Of a DNA stretch of 39,198 nt, positions 1 through 9,676 are shown in pieces; position 1 is the stretch's first letter; every line of letters begins with the position of its first letter. The notes beneath the pieces are model-generated. The model made no database searches. It was given only the letters and a program-made list of their open reading frames with translations, and had not been told where the DNA came from. Position numbers and translations under genes: made by a program. The stretch is from a virus (taxonomy: Duplodnaviria; Caudoviricetes), in the IMG/VR virus record IMGVR_UViG_3300022936_000007, positions 1 through 39,198 of that record, one strand, 5' to 3'.

Positions 1-127
1 GCAATAGGGCTAACATGGGCACCAACCGATAATGCAGGAGTACGAGTACCTAAACGCTACGGTATGGGCCACTCTTGGCCGTTCAGACATTCATGGAATA
101 GGGGTATTTGCTATACGAGACATACCG
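1..127. repeat. Terminal direct repeat (identical to 39072-39198), indicating a circular/complete contig
   Basis: GCAATAGGGCTAACATGGGC...GAGACATACCG occurs at both ends; 127 bp matches a common assembler k-mer size. Confidence 0.95.
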
Positions 128-481
128 AAAGATCAGGTATTCACTGACAACACGGTAGATAACCCAACAGACTTCCATACCTTCATTTTCGCAGAGAAAG
201 AGTTCAAGCATATACTCCCAGAGATACAAGCCCTCATCCTAGACCGCACCCTATTCGAGGAAGGCAGGCTCATGAAGTTCATTTCACCTAATGACGATCA
301 GATACTACGCTCCTTCATGAACCACTCAGACGATTCAAACACTGACGGGGTACGAGCACTGAGGGACATTAAGCGCGGCGAAGAACTCACTGAATCCTTC
401 AGGATAGATAACATGCACCCTCTTACCAAAAGACACATGACTTGGTTATCCCCGGAAAAGGATATTGACAAAACGTTATAA
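32..481 (+). CDS. SET-domain protein (putative protein-lysine methyltransferase)
   Basis: SET motifs: SDIHGIGVFAIRDI, FMNHSDDSN, ALRDIKRGEELT; ATG overlaps the TerL stop (TAATG) across the circular junction. Confidence 0.85.
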   Translation: MQEYEYLNATVWATLGRSDIHGIGVFAIRDIPKDQVFTDNTVDNPTDFHTFIFAEKEFKHILPEIQALILDRTLFEEGRLMKFISPNDDQILRSFMNHSDDSNTDGVRALRDIKRGEELTESFRIDNMHPLTKRHMTWLSPEKDIDKTL

Positions 482-492
482 ACTGTAGGCAA

Positions 493-2361
493 ATGGCGAA
501 CTACACCCAGCAGGCCGACACTATCGGCGAAATCGTGCGAAAGGCAGAACAGGACTACATCAGCGGATACACCGAGATTAGTGAGCATGTCAGCTTTTCC
601 CAGCGCGACAACATAAACAAGATTGATGCCTACCTCAACAGTAAGCACATTAGTGGAGATACTGACTCTCTTGGCCGCGAAAAGCCCTTCTTTAACATCG
701 TCACAGGGGCAGTGAACATCTGGTACAGGGCTACAGACATCGATCGGAAGAACATAAGGATAAAAGCCACCAAGGCCAAGGACGTGATGGGAGCATACCT
801 TGCCTCCGTCCACCTCCAGGACTGGATGAAAGAGGATGCATTTGGCGTATTTCTTAACGATTGGGGACGTGCACTGGCTCGCTATGGTTCCGCAGCAGTC
901 AAGTTCGTGGAGAAGGGTGGAAAGCTCCATGCCTGCGTCGTTCCTTGGAACCGCCTCATCTCAGACACCATAGATTTCGATAACAACCCCAAGATTGAGG
1001 TACTAGAGCTCACCGAGGCACAGCTCAGGAAGAACAAGGCATACGATCAGGAGATGGTGGAAGAGCTCGTGAATGCCGCAGCCAGCGCACGACAGCTCCT
1101 TTCAAGGGAACGCCAGGACAACAAGAACGACTACTTCAAGCTCTATGAGGTACATGGCGAGTTCTCCGTCGCTACGCTCAAGATGGCGAAGGGTCAGGAG
1201 CCAGACGAGAGCGATTTCGACGAGTACGTACAGCAGATGCATGTGCTTTCGTTCGTCGCAAACTACCCTACGAAGGGAATCTACTCTGACTTCTGCCTTG
1301 TTTCAGGCCGCGAGAAGAAAGATCCCTACATGATCACCCACCTCATAAAGGAGGATGGGCGTGCCATGGCAATCGGCGCAGTAGAGCACCTATTCGAGGC
1401 GCAGTGGATGCAGAATCACTCTGTTAAGGCAATCAAGGACCAACTCGACCTCGCTTCTAAGCTCATATTCCAGACCTCAGATGGAAATTTCGTAGGACAG
1501 AATGCCCTTTCGGCTATCGAGAATGGAGACATCATGATTCATGAGGCAAATCAACCCCTCACCCAGCTCCAGAATAATAGCCATGACATTAGCTCCCTAC
1601 AGAACTTCCAGTCTCAGTGGCAGGTTTTAGCGCGCGAAATTACCTCTACCCCAGAGGCTATCTCAGGCGGAAACCAGCCTTCAGGAACCGCATACCGGAC
1701 TGTAGCCATCCTCAACCAGGAAGCAAATAGCCTCTTCGAGCTCATGACAGAGAACAAGGGGCTGGCTATCGAGGCAATGATGCGTGAATACATCATCCCG
1801 TACCTCAAGACCAAGATGGATACGAGCAAGGAGATTGCAGCGACTCTCGACGCCCACGGAATCAAGGAAGTAGAGGACACCTTCGTACGTAATGAGGCTA
1901 TCGACCGCAACAAGAAGCTCATCAAGGAGGCTCTCCTTCAGGGAGAAGTACCAGAACCCCAGGAACTTGGTGCAAGCGAGGCACAGATTCGCCAGGAACT
2001 CTCTGCTACAGGCGCAGTACGCTTCATAAAGCCAGACGAAATCTCAGACAAGAAGTGGAAAGACCTATTCTCAGACCTCGATTGGGATGTAGAAGTAGAG
2101 GTTACGAACGAACAGAGCGACAAGGAGGCCGTACTTACGACCCTTACGACCATTCTCCAGACGATCGCGACCAACCCAGCGGTACTCCAGGACCCTAATG
2201 CCCGCGTAATCTTCAATAAGATTCTCCTTGCAACAGGCGAGATTAGTCCCGCAGAGCTTTCACAGGCTCAGAACGCCCCTCAGCCAGCAGTACCACCTGA
2301 AATGATGGCACAATCTCCTATGCCTTCCCCTGATATGACGACCGCGGCGCCTACGCCGTAG
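493..2361 (+). CDS. Portal protein
   Basis: 622 aa, follows the terminase; REKPFFNIV motif, TA(YR)T-type motif and a Q/P-rich tail typical of P22/T7-like portals. Confidence 0.8.
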   Translation: MANYTQQADTIGEIVRKAEQDYISGYTEISEHVSFSQRDNINKIDAYLNSKHISGDTDSLGREKPFFNIVTGAVNIWYRATDIDRKNIRIKATKAKDVMGAYLASVHLQDWMKEDAFGVFLNDWGRALARYGSAAVKFVEKGGKLHACVVPWNRLISDTIDFDNNPKIEVLELTEAQLRKNKAYDQEMVEELVNAAASARQLLSRERQDNKNDYFKLYEVHGEFSVATLKMAKGQEPDESDFDEYVQQMHVLSFVANYPTKGIYSDFCLVSGREKKDPYMITHLIKEDGRAMAIGAVEHLFEAQWMQNHSVKAIKDQLDLASKLIFQTSDGNFVGQNALSAIENGDIMIHEANQPLTQLQNNSHDISSLQNFQSQWQVLAREITSTPEAISGGNQPSGTAYRTVAILNQEANSLFELMTENKGLAIEAMMREYIIPYLKTKMDTSKEIAATLDAHGIKEVEDTFVRNEAIDRNKKLIKEALLQGEVPEPQELGASEAQIRQELSATGAVRFIKPDEISDKKWKDLFSDLDWDVEVEVTNEQSDKEAVLTTLTTILQTIATNPAVLQDPNARVIFNKILLATGEISPAELSQAQNAPQPAVPPEMMAQSPMPSPDMTTAAPTP

Positions 2362-2385
2362 GATACTAATAACCAAACTGGTGGC

Positions 2386-2961
2386 ATGTCAGACACAAAG
2401 AAGAAGAAACAAGCAATGCGCTACAGCATTGAGGAGATGGGGCTCGCAAAGAACACTTTCGCCGATAACGAGGACTTGTTCTACGCTATCCGAAAAGTAT
2501 TTCTCCAAATGCCCCTCGATGAGGTAGATAAGCAGGCTCTGAAGGCCCATGTGGTAGGGAAGAAGGACGTTATGGCTCTCATTCGGAAGTCGTACCTCCC
2601 AGAGCTCGACTCGACTACCCCCATTCACCAGATCATCGACCTGTGGATGACCATTGACCTGAAGGACAAGACTCCCGAGGACGCATGGCCGCACATCGTT
2701 GCACGTGAAACCCTCATAAAGTACATCGAACAGCAGCTCGAAGTACTCAACACCCTGGAAGATAACGGAAGCATTCGTCTGTCTGACATGGTCGGAACTG
2801 AGGGTAAAGAAGCGTTCACAGCCTACACAGACCTCATTACGAGGAACACCCTTATCTCCCACAATGAACAGCAGCTTAACCAGCTGAACGTACTTGCCGG
2901 GACTAGGGAGGAGACACCTGAACAGACAGTGGAGCGATTGAAGCGGGATAGCGCGAAGTAG
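2386..2961 (+). CDS. Hypothetical head-module protein
   Basis: 191-aa ORF between portal and scaffold. Confidence 0.6.
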   Translation: MSDTKKKKQAMRYSIEEMGLAKNTFADNEDLFYAIRKVFLQMPLDEVDKQALKAHVVGKKDVMALIRKSYLPELDSTTPIHQIIDLWMTIDLKDKTPEDAWPHIVARETLIKYIEQQLEVLNTLEDNGSIRLSDMVGTEGKEAFTAYTDLITRNTLISHNEQQLNQLNVLAGTREETPEQTVERLKRDSAK

Positions 2962-3046
2962 TTATCCCCCGTTCGACTTATCTCAGAGTTGTCGTACTAT
3001 AAAACTAAATCGGAGTTGTTGCGCCTCCTAAAACGCGCTCCTAGTC

Positions 3047-3580
3047 ATGAATGAAGAAGAGGTTACCCCCACCTTAGAGGAAACAGAGGAAGAGGAGCTG
3101 GAACTTGACCTCAGTGAAGAAGAACCAGAGGAGACTGTAGAAGAGATCAAGGCTCGTCTTGCGAAAGCAGAAGAACTTGCTACCAACTACAAGACACGTG
3201 CTGAGAAGGCCGAGGCGAAAGCCAAGGAGAATAAGCCTCAGGCGGCACAGCCGAAGAAAGAGGCAGACCTTTCACAGACAGACCTATACGCGCTTATCAA
3301 GGCAGATGTTCCAGAGGACGCGATCAGCGAAATCAAGGAAGTTGCCAAGCTGAAGGGAATCTCGGTCTCCGAGGCCCTGAAGACAACGCTCGTTAAGTCG
3401 ATTCTCGCAGAGAAGGCAGAGCAGAAAGCGACCGCAGAAGCTACTAGCGTAGGGACTGTACGACGCTCGGGACCATCACTTACCCCGTCTGCTGTGCTCG
3501 AAAAGGCGAGAAAGGGAGAACTACCGGACACTGACGCAGGACTTGAAGCTCTGCTGAAGGCCCGAAAAGGACTCTCATAA
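3047..3580 (+). CDS. Capsid scaffolding protein
   Basis: Very acidic N-terminus, coiled coil, immediately upstream of the capsid gene. Confidence 0.7.
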   Translation: MNEEEVTPTLEETEEEELELDLSEEEPEETVEEIKARLAKAEELATNYKTRAEKAEAKAKENKPQAAQPKKEADLSQTDLYALIKADVPEDAISEIKEVAKLKGISVSEALKTTLVKSILAEKAEQKATAEATSVGTVRRSGPSLTPSAVLEKARKGELPDTDAGLEALLKARKGLS

Positions 3581-3624
3581 AGCTGGTGGGATAACATAAA
3601 TCCCTGGTCGCAAGACCTAAAATC

Positions 3625-4479
3625 ATGGCTAATACTATCAGTTCCCGAACGTACCGCGACAAGTACCGCCGCAGTACGCTCGACCACACCCTCCGTCTCG
3701 CTCTCGTTGCAGAGAAGATTTGCGAGGTAGACCGTTCCGAGGCTAAGCGCATCCAGTCTCCTTACGGTTCCCAGCCTACGACCGTCGTTCAGGCACTTGC
3801 CGGAACGTACTCGATCGCTAACTGGACGACTACGGACGACACTCTCTCCGTAGATGATGAGTTCATCGTTGGTGAGCACATCTTCGACTTCGAGGAGACC
3901 CTTACCGCGTTCGACCTCTTCGCTTCGCGCGTAGACAACCAGAACAACTCTGTTGCTACCAAGATCGACCAGTTCGTCATCAACTGCCTCACAGAGGACG
4001 CTACAGGCGCATACACGACCCCAGCAGGAGGTTTCACAACTGCCGCAAACGCTTCGGTCATCATGTCCAGCCTCGCAGCTTCGGTCATGGGTTACGCAGA
4101 GACCTACAAGGGACTCTTCCTCGTCATCGAGAACACTGATGTCGTAGGATTCGCTCAGGCTCAGGTTGCACAGGGCTTCAGCTACGCCGACGCAGCTCTC
4201 CGCAACGGATTCATGAGTTCCTACATGGGTATCGACATCTATGTCGTACGCACAGGAACCTTCGTAGACGCTACGGTCGGTACCAAGACTTGGACCAACG
4301 CTGGTCACCGCGTCTTCGGAGTCAAGAACGTCGCCACCTACGCTGCACCTCGCGGCATCCAGTTCGAGGAGAAGGGCGTCTCCGGTAAGACGGGCATGGA
4401 GGTCGTAACCTACGGTTACATCGGATTCAAGCTCTGGGCTCCGTACACGGACCTTATCGTTGACATTACCCTCGCGTAA
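3625..4479 (+). CDS. Major capsid protein
   Basis: 284 aa with strongly biased codons, starts MANT, ends YGYIGFKLW...VDITLA; follows the scaffold and precedes a hairpin. Confidence 0.75.
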   Translation: MANTISSRTYRDKYRRSTLDHTLRLALVAEKICEVDRSEAKRIQSPYGSQPTTVVQALAGTYSIANWTTTDDTLSVDDEFIVGEHIFDFEETLTAFDLFASRVDNQNNSVATKIDQFVINCLTEDATGAYTTPAGGFTTAANASVIMSSLAASVMGYAETYKGLFLVIENTDVVGFAQAQVAQGFSYADAALRNGFMSSYMGIDIYVVRTGTFVDATVGTKTWTNAGHRVFGVKNVATYAAPRGIQFEEKGVSGKTGMEVVTYGYIGFKLWAPYTDLIVDITLA

Positions 4480-4566
4480 TAAGCTAATCCCCCTTTGTGG
4501 GGAGGCTTCTGGGTCTTCAGCCACCAGCTTTGGCCCAGAACTCTCCCTGCAAGGGACAACAAAACT

Positions 4567-4980
4567 ATGGCGAATAAAACTGACAGTGTAGAGACGAAGG
4601 GCGCAGACCTCGAAGTGGTTGACAGGTCCAAGGGAACTCCCGACGAGACTCAGCCAGTCATCGAGAAGAAGGACAACGGCACCACCTCGTTTGAGGGAGG
4701 ATCGGTCGAGAAGGTAACCGAAGATCTCCAGGTCGCAGGTGCAGCTTCGATGGACAACGTATCGGACTTCGTAGGTGAGAAGGTTGACTACATCGAGACT
4801 CCTGTTGTAAAGCGCGAACGCCGCGTCATCAACGAGTCGAACGTAGATTGGGATGTCTATCTCGAAGACCTAAAGAAGAACAATCCTAAGAAGTACGAGG
4901 CTAAGAAGGCAGAGCGTGCAGCTCGCGAAGAGCGCGAGAAGGCCGCTAAGGACGCAGAGAAGGCAGCTAAGAAGGCATAA
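4567..4980 (+). CDS. Hypothetical protein with K/E/A-rich C-terminus
   Basis: Probable start MANKTDS at 4567 after an AAAACT leader. Confidence 0.6.
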   Translation: MANKTDSVETKGADLEVVDRSKGTPDETQPVIEKKDNGTTSFEGGSVEKVTEDLQVAGAASMDNVSDFVGEKVDYIETPVVKRERRVINESNVDWDVYLEDLKKNNPKKYEAKKAERAAREEREKAAKDAEKAAKKA

Positions 4981-4981
4981 T

Positions 4982-5245
4982 ATGGCAGGCTCCAACGGAC
5001 TAAATCCTACCTACCAGAGCACTGTTACCTCGGGACAGCAGCTCGCTACGGTGGCCGGTGGAAACCCTACTCCACTTATCGGCATGGGTCTCAGCGGACT
5101 TGGTATCTATTATGGTACTGGTGCGCCGACGATCAGCGCGATTAAGGGTTCCCTCTACATCAATACGACTGGTACGACCTCTGCAACTCGTCTATATGTA
5201 AATAACGGAACCACTACTTGGGTCGCGGTCACAACCGCTTCCTAG
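4982..5245 (+). CDS. Small G/T-rich virion protein (possible capsid decoration)
   Basis: MAGSNG...GTGAPTISAIKGSLYINTTG...LYVN...TW; beta-rich motif seen in virion proteins. Confidence 0.55.
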   Translation: MAGSNGLNPTYQSTVTSGQQLATVAGGNPTPLIGMGLSGLGIYYGTGAPTISAIKGSLYINTTGTTSATRLYVNNGTTTWVAVTTAS

Positions 5246-5255
5246 TTGAGAATCC

Positions 5256-5287
5256 TTAGTCTTCCCCTTGCGAAAGGGGAAGACTAA
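5256..5287 (+). terminator. Stem-loop/terminator at the end of the capsid operon
   Basis: TTAGTCTTCCCCTT-GCGA-AAGGGGAAGACTAA, perfect 14-bp inverted repeat. Confidence 0.7.
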
Positions 5288-5310
5288 AGGGAACTTAACC
5301 CAACCACTCT

Positions 5311-6114
5311 ATGTCTCTAGTCTTTAATGACCCCACAACCAAGCGCGGAATCATCCAGGCCCTTGAGAGACGAATCTTCCCTGGAGACGAGAACCGTATC
5401 TCTAGTAACCCAACTCTCCTCGCTGAGTTCACCGCAGACATCAACCTAGCGCTCGACAAGATAACTTCGATGATTATTGCCGCAGGAGGCGCGTGGCAGT
5501 ACGACGACACCAACTTCACGGACTATCCGATCATCACCACAGACCTTGTGGCGGGCCAACGTGACTACTCCTTCACCGCAGACGAGACAGGAAACCTCAT
5601 ACTCGACATATACAAGGTACTAGCGAAGGACCAGAATACAGGTCTCTACAGGGAGCTTTGGCCGGTAGACGCACAGAGCGTAGAACAGCCGTATGGAGAC
5701 TTTAGGTGGGGGAATCAGTCCGGCACCCTCAATGGCTGGAACGGGGTAAACAGCCTCACGGATGGTCAGAACAAGCAGGGAATCCCCAACAGGTACGACA
5801 AGACCGCGAATGCTATCTTCCTGGACTTCATACCGTCATACAACTCACCAGACGGTCTGAAGGTTTACATAAACCGGGAATCCTCGTATTTCCTGACCAC
5901 AGACACTACTAAGAAGCCGGGTTTTGCAGGACCCTTCCATGAATACCTCGCTATTGCTCCAGCTTACAAGTATGCGTCTATCCATACAGAGGCAAACGCC
6001 CAAGCTTTCCTGGGTGAAATGCTCAACATGGAGGCAGCAGTGGAGAAATACTACGGCGATCGTGAGAGAGATGTGCCGAGAAGGATGATTGCAAGGATTA
6101 ACAGTACTAGATAA
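5311..6114 (+). CDS. Head-to-tail adaptor-like protein
   Basis: Position, plus TTDLVAGQRDYSF and FHEYLAI...AYKY motifs typical of adaptor proteins. Confidence 0.6.
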   Translation: MSLVFNDPTTKRGIIQALERRIFPGDENRISSNPTLLAEFTADINLALDKITSMIIAAGGAWQYDDTNFTDYPIITTDLVAGQRDYSFTADETGNLILDIYKVLAKDQNTGLYRELWPVDAQSVEQPYGDFRWGNQSGTLNGWNGVNSLTDGQNKQGIPNRYDKTANAIFLDFIPSYNSPDGLKVYINRESSYFLTTDTTKKPGFAGPFHEYLAIAPAYKYASIHTEANAQAFLGEMLNMEAAVEKYYGDRERDVPRRMIARINSTR

Positions 6115-6120
6115 ACACTT

Positions 6121-6555
6121 ATGGTTACAGGAGTCGTATACAACCCCGCAAAGAAGAAGCTGATGGAGGCAGCGTTTAACCTCAGCACAGACACTATCAA
6201 GGTAGCCGTGCTCACGAGCTCGTACACACCGAATATCGACACCCAGGATTTCTTCGATGACGTGAGCGCGAATGAGATTTCCGCGACAGGAACTTATGCA
6301 GCAGGGGGAATCACCCTCGCAAACAAGACGATCACGGTAGATACGACAAACGACCTCGCATACTTCGACGCAGATGATGCTTCGGCAACGGGTACGACTA
6401 TCGCCAACTATCGCTACCTCGTCATCTATAAGTCCACCGGAACGGCCGCCACAAGCCCCCTCCTGGCCTATGTAGACCTCGGAACCAACCACGTGACCGC
6501 ATCAGAGACCCTGTACATCCAGTGGGCTTCCACGGGCATATTTAAGATTTCCTAA
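6121..6555 (+). CDS. Virion structural protein
   Basis: DTIKVAVL...NEISATGTYAAGG...FDADD pattern seen in a recurrent phage virion family. Confidence 0.6.
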   Translation: MVTGVVYNPAKKKLMEAAFNLSTDTIKVAVLTSSYTPNIDTQDFFDDVSANEISATGTYAAGGITLANKTITVDTTNDLAYFDADDASATGTTIANYRYLVIYKSTGTAATSPLLAYVDLGTNHVTASETLYIQWASTGIFKIS

Positions 6556-7391
6556 TGGCTGGAGCGAGATTCAGGTCCAGTGCGACAGCAACTACGACAG
6601 GAGCGTCTATAAACGTCGCTAAGCCTGCCGGACTTGCTGTTGGAGACCTGATGATTGCTCAGATGGTCGCTGACGACTTGACGCCGATTCCTACCATCAC
6701 ACCGCCTGCAGGCTGGACAACTAAAGACTCTCAGGCGGTAACTACCATCCTTCTGGGCGTCCTGTATCAGAAGGTCGCAGATGCCGCAGATGTTGCCGCA
6801 AGCACATTCACGTTCTCTACTACAGGTCAGGGTCTTGTAGGAGGCATCATCGCTATCTCGAACCCGGACCCGGTGACCTTGATCGACCAGGTGAACGGCT
6901 CTAACGGTACTAGCGGTACGGTCATAACGACTTCCGGCATAACCCCAACCAGGGCAGACGACATCATGCTCATATTCGGCTACTACGGGAACAGCTCTCC
7001 TTCCCGTACGTTCTCGGGATACTCTATCGCGACCACCAATCCTACGTGGACAGAGATTTACGATGTAAGCGTTGCCAGTAACGTATCTATCGGTATCGCC
7101 GCAGCGTACGGATACCGTGGCTCTCTCGCAGCAACAGGTACAGCCTCAGTGACTCTCAGTGGCGCTGCAACGTCAGGCTACATAATCCAGGTTGCCGACG
7201 TATCCTCCCCTCAGATAGGTACTATAGCGTCGGTGTCTACTATGATTCCTCCCATTATCGCCCAGGTCATAGACATCACAATAGCCGCAGTGGCCACAAT
7301 GATTCCACCGATAGTTTCTGAGATAGCAAGTAAGTGGAATAATACGAGCAAGAACGTCTCTAGCTGGCTCAACCAAGACAAAACACCATGA
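6555..7391 (+). CDS. Beta-rich virion/tail accessory protein
   Basis: KPAGLAVGDLMIA...TPPAGWT motif; T/S/G-rich. Confidence 0.55.
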   Translation: MAGARFRSSATATTTGASINVAKPAGLAVGDLMIAQMVADDLTPIPTITPPAGWTTKDSQAVTTILLGVLYQKVADAADVAASTFTFSTTGQGLVGGIIAISNPDPVTLIDQVNGSNGTSGTVITTSGITPTRADDIMLIFGYYGNSSPSRTFSGYSIATTNPTWTEIYDVSVASNVSIGIAAAYGYRGSLAATGTASVTLSGAATSGYIIQVADVSSPQIGTIASVSTMIPPIIAQVIDITIAAVATMIPPIVSEIASKWNNTSKNVSSWLNQDKTP

Positions 7392-7660
7392 CCCCTGAAC
7401 AGAAAGTACAACACGAAGAGATGTATGCTGACTTCCAGGCTCGGCAGGTACAACAGATACGCTATCCTCTCGATGAGGCGTCTAAGAACAGTCTTGGTGT
7501 TGTTACGGAGGAGGGTCTTGGGTCGGGCTCTCTTACCCAGAGTGTCGCTATCGCAACCATACCAACAACATTCATCAGCGTGCCCGCCGCATACGCCGGC
7601 TACGTGATATTCGAGGCAGGAGGCGTGAAGTACGTTATTCCTTACACCGCTACGATATGA
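7388..7660 (+). CDS. Hypothetical virion protein
   Basis: ATGA overlaps with both neighbours. Confidence 0.55.
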   Translation: MTPEQKVQHEEMYADFQARQVQQIRYPLDEASKNSLGVVTEEGLGSGSLTQSVAIATIPTTFISVPAAYAGYVIFEAGGVKYVIPYTATI

Positions 7661-9675
7661 GCACCATCACGATTCCTGGGGACGGACGTTTCAAGTCTGT
7701 TCAAGCAGGTGAGAAGTTCGGCTCTATCATTCGCTCGAAGAATATCTCCCTGGATAAGGACGGGGTGATTTCTCTTGCGAAAAACGCGAACGTGCTCTAT
7801 TCGCTCTCAGACGATGCCGGATTCGGAAACCCGCTAGCGATGGAGACTGACGGAAGTATCGTGTACGTAATCACTGTAGGTCACATGTACCGCTTCCGCC
7901 TTGACCAGCTCTATCTGCCAGGGGACGAGGTAATCGCCACGAACGGCCCTACCCTCGGCGAGGACTCGGATATTCTCCTATTCAATGGCCTCATGCACGC
8001 TTCTGGCGGCGCGAAGGTAAATTACCTCAACAACCTAGGAATAGGCCAGCTCTGGCACAACCCGGCCCCTATCACAGACCTGTCTACCAGCTTCCCGCAC
8101 CCTCTTTGTCTTAACGGACGTGCTGTGACCATGCTCGTAGGAGACGGAAACGTACTCAGACAGTACAGCACTGCATATGTCAGGGACACGGCTAACGAGC
8201 TCACGATCCCCGCAGAGTACATCATCACCTGCGTACGTATGCGCGGAACGAACATCTACGTAGGTACGAGGCACCGCTACGGCGGGGAAGCCAAGCTTTT
8301 CATATGGAACGGTACAGGCCTAAGAAACCAGGCCGAGTACGGTGTTGGTTCCGACTGGATTTACTCAATGACCGAGTACAAAAGCTCTATCGCTCTGGTG
8401 GCGAGCTCGGGAGAGATTCTCCGCTTCAATGGCGGCGGATTCGATAAGATAGGAGAGTTCCCCGTAGCAACCACCACCTACTCCTGGACAAGCCTGGCAG
8501 CAGACACCTCCCTCATAGGAAAGATAGCTTCGCGCGGCATGAGGACAGTAGGAGACGTGCTCTACATGAACGTGGACGGCTCTCTCAACTCAACTTCCCT
8601 GGTCTACCCAGGCAAATACATCCCAGAACAGCCTTCAGGACTCTGGTGCTTGGACGGGCAAGCAGGCCTCTATCACAAGGCCGGGTACAACTATATGACC
8701 ATGCTCAACCTGACTATTCAGGAAGTTGCGTCAAACTATCTAGTGTTCAACACAGCGCACCAGGCGAATACCGGAGACCCTTTCTTCTATGTGGGAGGCC
8801 TCACGGGCCTTACCCCATTCCAGGTCTACTACGCTATCGTGGACAGCGCCAACACGCTCAGGGTAGCTATCTCGCCGGAAGACGCGGTAAACGGAAACTA
8901 CATTCTCATTACCGGAACGCCTACCACAGACAGAATCTACACCAACCGCTACGAGAGCATGGGACAGACTAACATTACCCAGCCAGGAGGACTCTTGGCG
9001 TTCGGTAGGACATTCCCGCCAGCAATCTACGGCAGCGATGTGATGTTCGGCGGGGCAACGATTGACGAGAATCAGACCTCGAAGGGCGTAATGATGAGTC
9101 TTGGAATGGGCAGGAACAGGGGATATTTCGTTACTCCTAAGATTCCTAACGCAAAGATAGTAGATACCTACCAGAAGATAGTAGCTAAGTTCGATCATCT
9201 CGACCTTGCAACGGATTCGATAGTCGTAAAATGGCGTAAAGTGAAGAAAACAGGCTTTCCAACTCCTCTGTTCTTTTCTGGCGCGGCAAACTGGACATCC
9301 CCGACCACTTTTACGGTAGATACACTCCTAAAGCCCTTCATGTCAGTGGTAGTGGGAGACGAGATTGAGGTGGTAGAGGGCGCGGCAGGGGGCTATACCG
9401 CCAACATCACTGCCATAGACAAAGCAACCACCACCTACATAGTCACCATAGATGAAGAAATGCCCGTATCTACCGGCCAATTCGACTTCATCGTTGATAA
9501 CTGGTGGAAGATCGGCGGGGAAATTAACAATACGACAAGCCCAACAGCACTAGACGCCGGTTTCGCAGAGAAACAAGTAAACACCTCGGCAACGTGGGTG
9601 CAATTCAAGGTAGAGCTCCGCGGACGAAATGTTATGATAGATGAAATGCAATCTGTAAATGCCCCTTTAAAATAA
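7657..9675 (+). CDS. Tail nozzle/DNA-stabilisation-like beta-propeller protein
   Basis: 672 aa, beta-rich repeats, C-terminal WVQFKVELRG; podovirus-like position. Confidence 0.55.
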   Translation: MSTITIPGDGRFKSVQAGEKFGSIIRSKNISLDKDGVISLAKNANVLYSLSDDAGFGNPLAMETDGSIVYVITVGHMYRFRLDQLYLPGDEVIATNGPTLGEDSDILLFNGLMHASGGAKVNYLNNLGIGQLWHNPAPITDLSTSFPHPLCLNGRAVTMLVGDGNVLRQYSTAYVRDTANELTIPAEYIITCVRMRGTNIYVGTRHRYGGEAKLFIWNGTGLRNQAEYGVGSDWIYSMTEYKSSIALVASSGEILRFNGGGFDKIGEFPVATTTYSWTSLAADTSLIGKIASRGMRTVGDVLYMNVDGSLNSTSLVYPGKYIPEQPSGLWCLDGQAGLYHKAGYNYMTMLNLTIQEVASNYLVFNTAHQANTGDPFFYVGGLTGLTPFQVYYAIVDSANTLRVAISPEDAVNGNYILITGTPTTDRIYTNRYESMGQTNITQPGGLLAFGRTFPPAIYGSDVMFGGATIDENQTSKGVMMSLGMGRNRGYFVTPKIPNAKIVDTYQKIVAKFDHLDLATDSIVVKWRKVKKTGFPTPLFFSGAANWTSPTTFTVDTLLKPFMSVVVGDEIEVVEGAAGGYTANITAIDKATTTYIVTIDEEMPVSTGQFDFIVDNWWKIGGEINNTTSPTALDAGFAEKQVNTSATWVQFKVELRGRNVMIDEMQSVNAPLK

Positions 9676-9676
9676 T

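Noticed and set aside
3238-4524. 428-aa minus-strand ORF over scaffold/capsid, and similar antisense ORFs throughout the structural module
   Set aside because: Shadow ORFs caused by the codon bias of the real plus-strand genes; no recognisable motifs
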